DNA of 64,000 bases from Opitutia bacterium (GTDB lineage Bacteria; Verrucomicrobiota; Verrucomicrobiia; Opitutales; Opitutaceae): assembly GCA_947478395.1 (NCBI GenBank), contig CANJVR010000002.1, positions 672,001 to 736,000 of the forward strand, in the 5' to 3' direction. Positions 10,800 to 21,520 of this stretch are shown here, in pieces. Every line of letters begins with the position of its first letter. Within the stretch, counting starts at the first letter, position 1. The notes under the pieces are model-generated. The model had not been told where the DNA came from and made no database searches. It saw only the letters and a list, made by a program, of their open reading frames with translations. Made by a program: the position numbers and the translations under genes.

Positions 10800-11558
10800 A
10801 TGCCGACTGTCACCCTCACCGACCTCGTCGCGTACTGCGACCAACGTACGCGTCGCACAGCCTACAAGGACGCACCGGGTGCTTTTAACGGTCTCCAGTT
10901 CGCGAACTCCGGCCGCGTCACAAAAATCGGCGCCGCCGTCGACGCGGGCCTTGTCCCATTTCAAAAAGCCGTCGCGGCGGGCGTAGATTTCCTGATCGTG
11001 CACCACGGCATGTACTGGGACATGCCTCGGCCCATCACGGGGCCGGTCTATGACCGTGTGACGACCTTGGTCGGCGGCAACTGCGCGCTCTACTCGAATC
11101 ATCTTCCACTCGATGGCCATCCCGAGATCGGCAACAATGCGCGGCTAGCCCAGCAACTCGGGCTCAAAGCGACCCGCCCGTTTATGATCCGCGACGGCGA
11201 GGCGATCGGCCGCATCGCTCCAGCAAAAATAAAACGCTCCGCGCTCCGCGCGAAACTCGAAGGTCTCTACACGCGCGTGATCGCCCTCGAATACGGCTCG
11301 ACTGCGCCGCCGGCCATCGCGTTCTGCAGCGGCAGTGGCAACGGTGCCATCCCCGAACTCGCCGCCGCCGGCGTCGATACGCTCGTGACCGGCGAACTCC
11401 GCGAGGAATGGTTCAACGTCGCCCAGGAGCAACGGCTCAACCTCTATCTCTGTGGTCACTACGCCACTGAAGTTCACGGCGTGAAAGCCCTCGCGGCCGA
11501 ACTCGCGAAAAAATTTCAACTGCCTTGGGAATTTATCGCCACGGAAAATCCGCTTTGA
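10800..11558 (+). CDS. Nif3-like dinuclear metal centre protein (YbgI family)
   Basis: NGLQ, VHHG, HLPLDGHPEIGNN, CSGSG, GHYATE. Confidence 0.92.
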   Translation: MPTVTLTDLVAYCDQRTRRTAYKDAPGAFNGLQFANSGRVTKIGAAVDAGLVPFQKAVAAGVDFLIVHHGMYWDMPRPITGPVYDRVTTLVGGNCALYSNHLPLDGHPEIGNNARLAQQLGLKATRPFMIRDGEAIGRIAPAKIKRSALRAKLEGLYTRVIALEYGSTAPPAIAFCSGSGNGAIPELAAAGVDTLVTGELREEWFNVAQEQRLNLYLCGHYATEVHGVKALAAELAKKFQLPWEFIATENPL

Positions 11559-11639
11559 GTTCTGCTACCGCGCCGCCATGAGTACGCGGCGGACTTCTTC
11601 CTATTCCCCTTCGGAACGCCGAACCAAATTACATTTCGG

Positions 11640-12074
11640 ATGAAAAAAATCGCCGTCCTTCACGGCCCCAATCTCAACCGTCTGGGCCAACGCGAGCCCG
11701 CGATCTACGGCCACGCCACCCTCAAGGATCTCGAGCAGTTGATCCGCGATGAAGGGCGAAAGCTCGGCGTGAGCGTGTCGTTCTTCCAATCCAATCACGA
11801 GGGAGCGCTCATCGACAAAATCCACGCGCTCGCCGATCGCGGTACCGCAGGGTTCATCGTGAACTTCGGCGCCTATTCGCACACGAGTATCGCGCTGCAT
11901 GACGCGTTGAAGAGCGTCAGCCTGCCGGCGATCGAGGTGCACATTTCAGATATCAAGCAGCGCGAAAAATTCCGCCGGACCTCGATGACCGCCGGCGCGT
12001 GCGTGGCGATGATCAGCGGCCAGGGGTTTCCAGGGTATCTGGTCGCGCTCCGCCAACTTGTCGGCCAAGTCTGA
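11640..12074 (+). CDS. aroQ: Type II 3-dehydroquinate dehydratase
   Basis: HGPNLNRLGQREPAIYG, QSNHEG, SHTSIAL, IEVHIS. Confidence 0.95.
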   Translation: MKKIAVLHGPNLNRLGQREPAIYGHATLKDLEQLIRDEGRKLGVSVSFFQSNHEGALIDKIHALADRGTAGFIVNFGAYSHTSIALHDALKSVSLPAIEVHISDIKQREKFRRTSMTAGACVAMISGQGFPGYLVALRQLVGQV

Positions 12075-12399
12075 CGCCTTGGAATACATTCCAAAAACCT
12101 CAAATCCGAATTTGCGAATGGCGGAACGCGTGCGGGTTTCGGAGGAGGCGCCCGAAAGCCCACTTTCTTTAAGGCCAACCGCTGTATGGCGCCACCTTCG
12201 TCGAATCCTGGCGTTCGGCCATGGTTCGTCGGCCACACCCGCCCCCGGTGTGAGAAAAATTGCCACCCTTCCGGCCGCCGCGGATTTTATGGCGCCTCAA
12301 ACTCCTACGGCCTCGTGCTATCCGCGGACGTGCCTAGACAAGGCTTGCTCGTCGAACTGACCGTCGAACCACTCACGCTCTACGCTGACCAACTTTTTG

Positions 12400-13311
12400 A
12401 TGCGCTCCTACCCCCTGATCCGCTTCAAATCAATTGCTGCGCTTATCGTTTTGATCGGCGTTCTGAGTTCGGCTCCGCGCGCGCACGCCGAGGTTTCGTC
12501 GCCCGGAGATCCCTCAACGTGGTGGGACCTTACCGACTTTCTCGACCAGCTCCCGGACCTCCGGCGGTTCGATATGCCCCAATTTCACGACGAGCGGGTC
12601 CGAATCTCTGTCCGTCCGCATTTTGGCGACATCGTTCGTCGCGACTACCTACGCCTGCCAGTCAGCGTGCGGGTCCAGCCCGATGAGCAGCTGGAACTCA
12701 TCTCCGAACTCGAAGGCTATTTCACACACGGACTGCGCGATGCCACGGGCTATGGCCTCTCGCGACTGCGACTAGGCGCAAAACGAGAACAGACACTCGA
12801 TGAAAATCACCCGTTGGCGTGGAGCTACGGCGTCGACTTCTACACTCCCCTCAGCCGGCCCCCGCGCGAACTAAGCGATGGCTTCCGCCACACCACGCCC
12901 TACGTCGCAATCACGCGGCAGGTGGTCCCGAGGTTGAAACTCATCGGTTTTGCGTCAGTCGGTGCGGATCTGATCGACCACACCCAACTCACCCCAAATT
13001 TCGGGCGCAACCAACTGCACGGTAACTCGACCTCCGCAGCCGCCGGCGTCACCCGCCAATGGGGGCGATTCCGGACCGCGTTGACCACGACGTGGTCGAC
13101 GACCGCGCTCATCGGGGACGAGAACCGCCACGTCTATGCGATCCGTCCCGACATCCTGATTCCTCTGAATATTCGAGAAGGTCATCATACCCGACTGCTG
13201 CTCACTTTGGGCACACGTGCGATCTGGGGGCCGGACGGCTTTGAGTCCGGCATCAGCAGCAGTGTGCGAGTGGAGTTCAGCGCCTACGCCTCACCAAAAA
13301 AAGGCAACTGA
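12400..13311 (+). CDS. Secreted hypothetical protein, possible outer-membrane beta-barrel
   Basis: Signal peptide ending AHA; alternating beta-strand pattern; VRVEF near the C-terminus. Confidence 0.65.
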   Translation: MRSYPLIRFKSIAALIVLIGVLSSAPRAHAEVSSPGDPSTWWDLTDFLDQLPDLRRFDMPQFHDERVRISVRPHFGDIVRRDYLRLPVSVRVQPDEQLELISELEGYFTHGLRDATGYGLSRLRLGAKREQTLDENHPLAWSYGVDFYTPLSRPPRELSDGFRHTTPYVAITRQVVPRLKLIGFASVGADLIDHTQLTPNFGRNQLHGNSTSAAAGVTRQWGRFRTALTTTWSTTALIGDENRHVYAIRPDILIPLNIREGHHTRLLLTLGTRAIWGPDGFESGISSSVRVEFSAYASPKKGN

Positions 13312-13346
13312 CTCGCGCCGGACGAAGCTGCACCCAGCGGTCGCGA

Positions 13347-13859
13347 TCAGTGAAGGGACCACAGCCAGACACCCGCATGCAGACTCGCGCAGGCCGCGAG
13401 CGCGGCGGCCAGGTCATCCCCGACCACGCCCCAGCCACCGGGTAGATTTTGGAGCCGGGCAATACCCAGCGGTTTTAGAATATCGAAAAAACGAAACAGC
13501 GCGAAACCGGCTAGGGCCAATCCCCACACCGGCACGGTCGCGATGAGCGCCGGCCATCCGATGAAGCAAAGGGGCATCGCCACAAACTCATCCAGAATCA
13601 CTTCACCTGGATCTTTTTTTCCGAGTCGCACTTCGGCTTCACCGCACAATCCGACGGCCAGATACGCCGCGGCGAGACCGACGGCGAGCGCCCAGCCGCC
13701 ATCGAGCCATCGAAAAATTCCCGCGCAATAGACCAAACCCACGAGCGAACCCCACGTGCCCGGTGCCGGTAACTTTACTCCGATCGGGCCGAGCGTCGCA
13801 CATCCCACCACCAAAGCCATCGGCAGCGATCGAGGCCAACTCGGTCGGACGAAGCTCAT
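13347..13859 (-). CDS. pgpA: Phosphatidylglycerophosphatase A
   Basis: APGTWGS, KDPGEVILDEF, LFRFFDILKP, GGWGVVGDD. Confidence 0.93.
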   Translation of the reverse strand: MSFVRPSWPRSLPMALVVGCATLGPIGVKLPAPGTWGSLVGLVYCAGIFRWLDGGWALAVGLAAAYLAVGLCGEAEVRLGKKDPGEVILDEFVAMPLCFIGWPALIATVPVWGLALAGFALFRFFDILKPLGIARLQNLPGGWGVVGDDLAAALAACASLHAGVWLWSLH

Positions 13860-14464
13860 GGCCGTCCGTCGAGCAACACATGCCGATGCCGTCTGAAATA
13901 GGCCGAGCCCGACGTCACCGTCAGGATGGCGGACAGGACGAAGAGGGCCAGCCCCAGCCCTTGCACCGCCGTGACCTGCCAGTGCTCGGCCCCGCGGAAT
14001 AATTCGCCAAAGTCCTTTTCCAGCATTCGAGCGCCGAGCATCCAGCCGATGGCATTGAGTTGGATAAACGTTTTCAGTTTTCCGCTCGCGTCGGCTTCGA
14101 CGATGACGCCTTTCGACGCCGCGACCATCCGCAGCCCCGAAATCATGAATTCCCGCCCTAGAATGCACAGCAGAAGCATCGTGCCTGCGATCTTGTGGCC
14201 CATGAAGTAGTCCTCGCCCGCGACGAATGCGATCATGATGCCGAGCACCATAACCTTGTCGATGACCGCATCCATGAAACGCCCGAACGTCGTGACCTGC
14301 CCGCTTTCACGCGCGAGTTTTCCGTCGAGCCAGTCCGTGAGCGCCGCGGCCACAAACAGCCAGAACGCGCTCGTCGCCGCCCACTGAAAATCCGAATTCA
14401 TGAGGGCGACGATGGCAAACATCGCGGGCAAACGGGAAAACGTCAGAATGTTAGGCAGGGTCAT
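13856..14464 (-). CDS. pgsA: CDP-diacylglycerol--glycerol-3-phosphate phosphatidyltransferase
   Basis: PNILTFSR, TDWLDGKLAR...FGRFMDAVIDK, REFMISGLR, GKLKT; overlaps pgpA by 4 bp. Confidence 0.9.
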   Translation of the reverse strand: MTLPNILTFSRLPAMFAIVALMNSDFQWAATSAFWLFVAAALTDWLDGKLARESGQVTTFGRFMDAVIDKVMVLGIMIAFVAGEDYFMGHKIAGTMLLLCILGREFMISGLRMVAASKGVIVEADASGKLKTFIQLNAIGWMLGARMLEKDFGELFRGAEHWQVTAVQGLGLALFVLSAILTVTSGSAYFRRHRHVLLDGRP

Positions 14465-14739
14465 TCGAGGGGCAGAACGGGACAAACGCATGCAGCCGAG
14501 CCGAAATCAAGTGCGGAGCCAATCATACCCGTGACGCTCGCATGAAAATTCGCGCCGAGCCTTGCCGGAAGATGGAGCCTTGGCGGCCGGCTGGACTGGC
14601 CGGGAAATGGCGCCCCGATAAAATTTTCCTCCCCCTTTGAAAGCGCACCGGGCGGCCCGCCCGCGCCGCCTCATCCCAACTCGGGTGCTGAAAACGTCAT
14701 CGCCAATCCTCTTCTGCTCGTTTTCTTTGGCACCCCGTC

Positions 14740-15219
14740 ATGCGTCACTGCATCTATCCCGGGACTTTTGATCCCATCACCCACGGACATCTCGATGTGC
14801 TCGCGCGCGCCGCGAAGTTATTCGATCGCGTGACGGTGGCCGTCGCGCTCAACACGGGCAAAGGCCCGCTGTTTACCGCCGAAGAGCGGCTCGCGATGTT
14901 GCAGCCGAACTTGGCTGCGATGCCCAACGTCACGGCGACGATCTTCGGCGGATTGCTCGTGGACTTCGCGCTCGAGCAAAAAGCCGATGCGATCATCCGC
15001 GGCCTGCGCGCCCTCTCCGACTTTGAATTTGAATTCAACATGGCACTGATGAACCGGCACCTCCAGCCCAAGATCGAAACCATCTTTGTGATGCCCAACG
15101 AACAATTCAGTTACACCAGTTCCACCCTCGTGAAACAGGTCGCAAAATTCGGCGGCGACATCGCTCATTTCGTTCCGGCCAACGTCGCGGCCGAATTAAA
15201 GAGGGCCTACCGTCGGTAG
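14740..15219 (+). CDS. coaD: Pantetheine-phosphate adenylyltransferase
   Basis: YPGTFDPITHGHLD, IRGLRALSDFEFE, SSTLVK. Confidence 0.97.
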   Translation: MRHCIYPGTFDPITHGHLDVLARAAKLFDRVTVAVALNTGKGPLFTAEERLAMLQPNLAAMPNVTATIFGGLLVDFALEQKADAIIRGLRALSDFEFEFNMALMNRHLQPKIETIFVMPNEQFSYTSSTLVKQVAKFGGDIAHFVPANVAAELKRAYRR

Positions 15220-15425
15220 CCCACCCGCCGCGCCGCCCGCGAAAGTCCCGAAGCGATTCGCGTCCCGGGCGGTGCAAACAATGCCCTAAAGATTTTTACG
15301 TCACCTTTTAATTAACCCTTCGTCTTGGCTCCCGTTGCCAGCTATCGGGGAATAGCCTAAAAAACTCTACCCGCATCGGCTGCAACACGTTTCAACTCCA
15401 CAATTTCTCCTCACTCAACTTCGTC

Positions 15426-16898
15426 ATGGCCAAATCAAAAAGCTACGGTGGTATCATTTTTATCATAATCGTCATCCTCGCTGCCGCGGGCGGCACCGGA
15501 TACTATTTCTTCGGACGGCCCGAAAAACAGCCGGAGTATTCGACCGTTAAAGTGAGCAAGGGAAACATAGTGCAAAGCATTAGCGCCACCGGCGCACTTC
15601 AGACGACCTCCCAGGTCACCATCAGCAGCCAGGTATCCGGCAACGTCGTCGAAATTGGCGCCGACTTTAACGATAAGGTCAAAAAGAACCAGATGCTCCT
15701 GAAGATCGACCCGACCACCTACGAGCAACGCCTAAAGCAGGCCGATGCTGATCTCGTGGCCGCCAAAGCGAATACGACTAAAATCCGTGAAGACACCACC
15801 CGCACGAAGGGCCTATTCGACGCCAAGCTCGTCGCCAAAGCCGACTACGACGCCGCGATCGCCCAGCTCGCCCAATCTGAATCTACCCTCGTGAGCCGCG
15901 AAGCCGCCGCCGAAAACGCCCGCACCGATCTCAAGCGCTGCACCATCTACTCCCCGATCGACGGCGTCGTGCTCAACCGCACCACCGACGTCGGCGGCAC
16001 CGTCAACGTCAACCAGTCCGCTGTCGCTCTTTTCACGATCATCAACGATCTCTCGAAATTGCAGATCAGCGCCGACGTTTCCGAAGCGGACATCGGCAGT
16101 GTCAAGGAAGGCCAGAACGTCCGTTTCGCGGTCGACGCTTATCTCAATCAACCATTCCGGGGCACCGTCACGCAGGTCCGCAATTTCGCCAAGAATTCGA
16201 GCGGTGTCGTAACGTTCTCGGTCATCATCGACGTCGATAATTCCGACCTCCGCCTGAAACCAGGCATGACCGCTACCGCCAACATCACCATCGCCGAACG
16301 CGCCGACGTCCTCATGGTCACCAACAACGCCCTTCGCGTCCGGATCCCGTCCGAACTTCAGGCGAAAATGACCAAAGCCACCGCCGGCCCAGTGGCTCCA
16401 GCCTCTCCCGCCGCGACGGCACCCGTCGCGCCCAAGGAAGATCCCGCCGCCGCCCTCGCGGCCATGGCTCAGGATCCCACTGCCGAAGGTCGTCGCGGCA
16501 ATCGCGGTCAAGGCGGCGCCGCCGGTCCCGGCGGCCGTGGTCAGGGCGGCGGCGGCGGCGGCGGCCGGCGCAACGGTGGCACAGGTGTCACCAGCGGTGT
16601 CGGCATGAATATCAGCAACGCCCCTCGCACACTCTACAAACTAGTTACGGATGCCGCGGGCAAAACCTTACCCCAACCCGTCATGGTCCGCCTCGGTATT
16701 TCCGACGGAAGCAGCACTGAAATCGTCGATGGCCTCGTCGATGGCGACACCCTCATCACTTACGTCGCGATGCCCGGCGCCGCCGCGGCGATCAGCGGTC
16801 CAGCGGCTCAGACGTCCAACCCATTCCAGCAAGGCGGCGGTCAGCGCGGCGGTGGTGGTGGCGGTGGTGGTGGTTACGGCGGTCGCGGTGGCTTCTAA
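15426..16898 (+). CDS. MacA-like efflux periplasmic adaptor
   Basis: N-terminal TM, SSQVSG, IYSPIDGVV, VSEADIG, LKPGMTA; Gly/Arg-rich insert and tail. Confidence 0.9.
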   Translation: MAKSKSYGGIIFIIIVILAAAGGTGYYFFGRPEKQPEYSTVKVSKGNIVQSISATGALQTTSQVTISSQVSGNVVEIGADFNDKVKKNQMLLKIDPTTYEQRLKQADADLVAAKANTTKIREDTTRTKGLFDAKLVAKADYDAAIAQLAQSESTLVSREAAAENARTDLKRCTIYSPIDGVVLNRTTDVGGTVNVNQSAVALFTIINDLSKLQISADVSEADIGSVKEGQNVRFAVDAYLNQPFRGTVTQVRNFAKNSSGVVTFSVIIDVDNSDLRLKPGMTATANITIAERADVLMVTNNALRVRIPSELQAKMTKATAGPVAPASPAATAPVAPKEDPAAALAAMAQDPTAEGRRGNRGQGGAAGPGGRGQGGGGGGGRRNGGTGVTSGVGMNISNAPRTLYKLVTDAAGKTLPQPVMVRLGISDGSSTEIVDGLVDGDTLITYVAMPGAAAAISGPAAQTSNPFQQGGGQRGGGGGGGGGYGGRGGF

Positions 16899-16931
16899 TC
16901 GCAGTCGAGCAATTCAACGTTACCTTAATTC

Positions 16932-17702
16932 ATGCCTCCCGTAGTTAAAATCGAGGACCTCCACAAAATCTATGATTCCGGCGAAGTCCCCGTGCACGCG
17001 GTGCGCGGAGTTTCACTCGAAATCCAGCAGGGGGAATTTCTCGCGCTGATGGGCTCCAGCGGCTCGGGGAAGTCGACCCTGATGAACATGCTGGGCTGTC
17101 TCGACCGCCCCACCCGTGGGCGGTATATGCTCGACGGAATCGATGTGTCCCACCTCGACAAGGACGAGCTTGCGGACATCCGAAACCTCAAGCTCGGTTT
17201 CGTTTTCCAAGGCTTCAACCTGCTGGCCCGCACCACGGCCGTCGAAAACGTCGAGCTCCCGTGCCTCTACGGAAAAAAGCGCATGACTTCAAAACAGATG
17301 CGCGAGCGGGCGATGCACTGTCTAGATATCGTCGGCCTCTCCCAGCGCGCCGACCACATGCCCAATCAGCTTTCAGGCGGTCAACAACAACGCGTCGCCA
17401 TCGCCCGAGCCCTCGTCAACGAGCCGCAAGTTCTGCTCGCCGACGAGCCCACCGGCAATCTCGATACCAAAACCTCGATGGAGGTCATGGGCGTCTTCCA
17501 AAAGCTCAACGAACAGGGGATCACCCTCGTGATGGTCACCCACGAGCTCGACATCGCCCACTACTGCAAACGCAACCTGATCCTGCGCGACGGTGTCATC
17601 GTACGCGACGAACCCGTGCTGGATCGCTCCATCGCCGAAAAGGAACTAGGCAAGCTCAAGACAGCGGAAACCGCCGCCAAGCTCCTCAACTCCGCCGCCT
17701 GA
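16932..17702 (+). CDS. MacB/LolD-like ABC transporter ATPase
   Basis: [37 protein letters not shown]. Confidence 0.95.
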   Translation: MPPVVKIEDLHKIYDSGEVPVHAVRGVSLEIQQGEFLALMGSSGSGKSTLMNMLGCLDRPTRGRYMLDGIDVSHLDKDELADIRNLKLGFVFQGFNLLARTTAVENVELPCLYGKKRMTSKQMRERAMHCLDIVGLSQRADHMPNQLSGGQQQRVAIARALVNEPQVLLADEPTGNLDTKTSMEVMGVFQKLNEQGITLVMVTHELDIAHYCKRNLILRDGVIVRDEPVLDRSIAEKELGKLKTAETAAKLLNSAA

Positions 17703-17727
17703 TCCTCGTATTCTTCCTGAGATTTCC

Positions 17728-19044
17728 ATGCGCTTTTTTACGACCTTCCTGATGGCTCTGCGGGCTCTACGCCGCAATACCATGCGTTCCATTCTGACCG
17801 CCCTAGGCATCATCATCGGCGTCGCCGCCGTGATCGCGATGGTCAGCATCGGCAACGGAGCCAAGGCCCAAGTCCAGGCCGCGATCGCCAGCATGGGCGA
17901 CAATCTCGTGCTCGTGACGCCTGGCACCCAAAGCCAAGGCGGCGGCGTACGCAGCGGAGGCGGCGGCGCCACCACCCTCACCATCGAGGACTCTCTTGCG
18001 ATCATCAAAAGCTTTCAGAATGGCCCGGAAGAAAAGGACAACAATGTCGCTGCCGTCAGCCCTTACGTCCTAGGCCAGAATCAGATTTTGGCGAATGGTT
18101 TGAATTGGCGCAGCCCAGTTTACGGCGTCTCCCCGGACTATCCCGCCATTCGCAGCTGGCGCGTCGCCGAGGGCGTGTTCTTCGACGAGGCCGAAGTCGC
18201 GTCCGCCGCCAAGGTGGTCGTTGTCGGTAAAACCGTGGTCGAAACCCTTTTCCCCGACAAAGATATTTCCAGCGTGATCGGACAAAGCATCCGCATCGTG
18301 GCTCAAGGTGGTGGTGGCGGCGGCGGCATGGCTGTCGCGGGTGGCGGCGCCGGCGGCCAAGGTGGCGGCAGCAACGGCGGCACGCCATTTCGCATCATCG
18401 GCGTCATGGCCACGAAGGGCTTCAGCAACAATCAGGACCAGGACGACGTGTTGTTCATTCCCTATACCAGCCACATGAAGCGCGTCTCGCGCTCACTTTT
18501 CCTCCGCACCATTTACGTCCAGGCCAAGAGCGAAGACGTCCTCAACCAGGTGAAAACCGACGTCAATGACCTACTCACCCAGCGTCACAACGGCCTCCCC
18601 GATTTCCAGGTGCAGGACCAGGCCGACATTACCGCTGCGCGCACCGCTTCAACCGATGCCATGACTTATCTCCTCGGCGCCATCGCCGGCGTGTCGCTGC
18701 TCGTCGGCGGCATCGGCATCATGAACATCATGCTCGTGTCCGTGACCGAACGCACCCGCGAAATCGGCATCCGGCTCGCCCTTGGCGCCCACGGCAGCGA
18801 TGTCCTCACTCAATTTTTGATCGAAGCAATCGTGCTCAGCTTGCTCGGCGGGTTGATCGGCGTCGCGCTCGGTATCGGCGGCTCAGTCGTCCTTGGCAAC
18901 TACAAGGGCTGGCCCGTCGAGCCCTCGACGATGGCCATGGTCATAGCGGTCGGCTTCAGCGCCGCGGTCGGCGTGTTCTTCGGCTATTATCCCGCCCGCA
19001 AGGCCGCCCAGCTCGATCCGATCGAGGCTCTGCGCTACGAATAA
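17728..19044 (+). CDS. MacB/FtsX-like ABC transporter permease
   Basis: RSILTALGIIIG, VGGIGIMNIMLVSVTERTREIGIR, PARKAAQLDPIEALRYE. Confidence 0.95.
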   Translation: MRFFTTFLMALRALRRNTMRSILTALGIIIGVAAVIAMVSIGNGAKAQVQAAIASMGDNLVLVTPGTQSQGGGVRSGGGGATTLTIEDSLAIIKSFQNGPEEKDNNVAAVSPYVLGQNQILANGLNWRSPVYGVSPDYPAIRSWRVAEGVFFDEAEVASAAKVVVVGKTVVETLFPDKDISSVIGQSIRIVAQGGGGGGGMAVAGGGAGGQGGGSNGGTPFRIIGVMATKGFSNNQDQDDVLFIPYTSHMKRVSRSLFLRTIYVQAKSEDVLNQVKTDVNDLLTQRHNGLPDFQVQDQADITAARTASTDAMTYLLGAIAGVSLLVGGIGIMNIMLVSVTERTREIGIRLALGAHGSDVLTQFLIEAIVLSLLGGLIGVALGIGGSVVLGNYKGWPVEPSTMAMVIAVGFSAAVGVFFGYYPARKAAQLDPIEALRYE

Positions 19045-19265
19045 TTTACCGCCACCGTCGCAGGGCGTGGGCGTATAGAATTTTTTGCCGTAGCGGAGGC
19101 CGTACGGTTGACCCGCGTGATCCGACGCGCAGACGACGACGGGGTTTCGAGCATCACCTCCGAAACGCTTACACGTTCCGCTGATCGAAAAATTCGGAAT
19201 CAGGTTACAGGACTGCCAGCGAACCGACGCTTGTAACTTTTGCTCTGCCCGCTGTCTTACGAGCG

Positions 19266-20132
19266 ATGTCTCTTCGTCCATTCAGCCTCGCGATCGGGGT
19301 TATACTGACGCTCGCGGCCGCAGCGCTGGCTTCTCCGTTGGATGACGGCATCTCACTCTACCGGGATAAAAAATATCCTGCAGCGCGCGAGGCCTTCGAA
19401 AAAATTGCCACCAGCGATCCCAAAAGCGCCGCCGCATGCTATTACCTCGGTATGACGTTGCGCCACCGCGGCGACGCCACCGCGCTGGACGATGCGGCCC
19501 GGTGGCTGGCCAAGGCGGTCGAACTCGAACCCGCCAACGCCACCTATCTCGCCGATTTTGGCGGTACCAGTCTCCAATTAGGGGAGAAAACCCGATCACT
19601 TTCCGCCGTCGCCAAGGGACGCGACGCCATGATCCGCGCCATCGAGCTGACCCCAGACAACCTCGATGTGCGCGAAGAGCTCATGCAATTCTACGCCCGA
19701 GCTCCCTTCTTTGTGGGCGGCAGTAACGCCAAGGCTTACGCCCAAGCCAGTGAAATTCGCCAGCGCTTTCCCCAACGGGGCCTGCTCGCGTTCGTCAGTC
19801 TAAAGATCCTCGAAAAAAAATTCGATGAAGCCCTCGCGCTTTGCGACGATGCGCTCAAAGCCAGCCCCGACAACTACGTTGTACTGTATCAAATCGGGCG
19901 CATCGCGGAGCAAAGTGATGGTCATGGCGCTCGCGCGCTCGCCGCGCTCCGCCGCTGTCTCGAGCTGACCCCGCCGCCAAACGCCCCGACTCACGCTAGT
20001 ATCCAATTCAGATTGGGAAAACTCGCCGAAAAAAAAGGCGATGCCGCCGCCGCCCGCGCGGCCTATGAATCGGCCCTCAAACTCGAACCCGAGCACCACG
20101 CCGCCGCTTCGGCGCTGGCCACACTCAAATAA
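19266..20132 (+). CDS. Secreted tetratricopeptide-repeat protein
   Basis: Signal peptide; repeated TPR patterns such as YYLG...KAVELEP and ALKLEP. Confidence 0.85.
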   Translation: MSLRPFSLAIGVILTLAAAALASPLDDGISLYRDKKYPAAREAFEKIATSDPKSAAACYYLGMTLRHRGDATALDDAARWLAKAVELEPANATYLADFGGTSLQLGEKTRSLSAVAKGRDAMIRAIELTPDNLDVREELMQFYARAPFFVGGSNAKAYAQASEIRQRFPQRGLLAFVSLKILEKKFDEALALCDDALKASPDNYVVLYQIGRIAEQSDGHGARALAALRRCLELTPPPNAPTHASIQFRLGKLAEKKGDAAAARAAYESALKLEPEHHAAASALATLK

Positions 20133-20181
20133 AACTTCCCGGATCGGCTGACCGACCACGCGCCCCTATTTTCTACCCAAC

Positions 20182-21378
20182 ATGACCGTTCCGCCCCTCG
20201 ATCGCTTCCTTGGCCTGCTCCGTACCGCAGCGAACGACGGCTCACTCGTTAAGCTCACCCTCGGTAAGGCGCGCGCCGCCGATCCTTCGTTACAAAATCT
20301 TTTTGTCCGCCCCGTGGCCCTCAAGGCAGGCCCCCAGCTGACCTTGGTCTGGCGGCACGCAACCCGCGACATCACAAAAAATTTTCCGCCGGCCGATGGA
20401 CTTGCGCTAATCGAGCCTCTGGTCGGTCATGACTTTCTCGATGCGCACCTGTTCACCGCGACACAGTCCGCCCAGCTCGAAACTCAGCCCGACGGGTCCG
20501 CGCGCCTCCGCGTGAAAGTCCAAAATCCTCGATCGACCAGCGCAACCGTTCCGGATGGTTCCGCCTCCGATCACAATCACACCAAACACTATCCCATTGC
20601 TCCGACGGCGGCGTGGCTTCGCACGCTCGGCGTCACCAACGAACACGGCCAGCCCCGCGCCGAGATGACCGGGAAGTTTCGCCAGATTCAAAAGTTCGCC
20701 GAGTTGCTGCAGCATCTCGTAGGGGAAACATTTCCTCATCAAACCGCGCTGAAGGTCGCAGATATGGGCTGCGGCAAAGGCTACCTCACATTCGCGGTCG
20801 CGGAATTATTGAGCGAATCGGCGCGCATCCAAGGTATCGAGACGCGTCCGGAATTGGTCGCAGCCTGCAACCGCGCCGCCGAGACGCACGGCCTGGGAAC
20901 GCGACTGACATTTAACGCCGGCACGATTGCTGACGCCGAACTCCCCGCGCTCGACGTCCTCATCGCACTTCACGCCTGCGACACCGCGACGGACGACGCC
21001 CTCGCCCGTGGGCTGGCCGCCGGCGCGGCGCTGTTGGTCGTCTCACCCTGTTGTCACAAGGAACTCCGCGCGCAGCTCACTCCGCCGCCGGTCCTCGCGT
21101 CCGCGCTGCGCTCCGGAATTTTTCAGGAGCGTCAGGCCGAATTCGTCACCGACGCCCTGCGAGCCCAATTGCTCGAATGGGCCGGGTACCGCACGAAAGT
21201 TTTCGAGTTCATCTCGACCGAGCATACCGCCAAAAACCTGATGATCTCGGCGCAACGAATTCGTCCGCGCGGATCGCCCGACGATGCTATCGCCGCGGGC
21301 ATTCGGGACCTCGCCCAGTTTTATGGCATCCGCCACCACGCGCTCGCCACGCACTTGGGTTTTGTCCTCGTCAGATAA
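20182..21378 (+). CDS. SAM-dependent methyltransferase (Methyltransf_32-like)
   Basis: KFRQIQKF, DMGCGKGYLTF, LHACDTATDDA, PCCH, EFISTEHTAKN. Confidence 0.88.
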   Translation: MTVPPLDRFLGLLRTAANDGSLVKLTLGKARAADPSLQNLFVRPVALKAGPQLTLVWRHATRDITKNFPPADGLALIEPLVGHDFLDAHLFTATQSAQLETQPDGSARLRVKVQNPRSTSATVPDGSASDHNHTKHYPIAPTAAWLRTLGVTNEHGQPRAEMTGKFRQIQKFAELLQHLVGETFPHQTALKVADMGCGKGYLTFAVAELLSESARIQGIETRPELVAACNRAAETHGLGTRLTFNAGTIADAELPALDVLIALHACDTATDDALARGLAAGAALLVVSPCCHKELRAQLTPPPVLASALRSGIFQERQAEFVTDALRAQLLEWAGYRTKVFEFISTEHTAKNLMISAQRIRPRGSPDDAIAAGIRDLAQFYGIRHHALATHLGFVLVR

Positions 21379-21520
21379 TACGCCGCCATTTTCCACCCGC
21401 AGCGAAAGGGTACGTGACCTTAGGTGAAATTCCCCTCACGCCCGCGGCTGAAAATTCAATCAGAGGTCGGCATGCACGTTTTTTCGTGGACCCGGAGCCG
21501 CGGCCCGCTGGGCTCGGGGG

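Noticed and set aside
6228..12179. Shared 14-mer TCTTTAAGGCCAAC near 6228 and 12166
   Set aside because: Flanks do not align and the enclosed genes are not mobile-element-like; cannot be separated from chance or a decayed repeat.
16480..16898. RGG motifs in the MacA-like protein as substrates of the PRMT-like enzyme
   Set aside because: They are predicted periplasmic and lie over 30 kb away; no link shown.
21412..21430. GTGACCTTAGGTGAAA as a fourth copy of the TGTCAC palindrome
   Set aside because: Spacing is 2 nt short with several mismatches.
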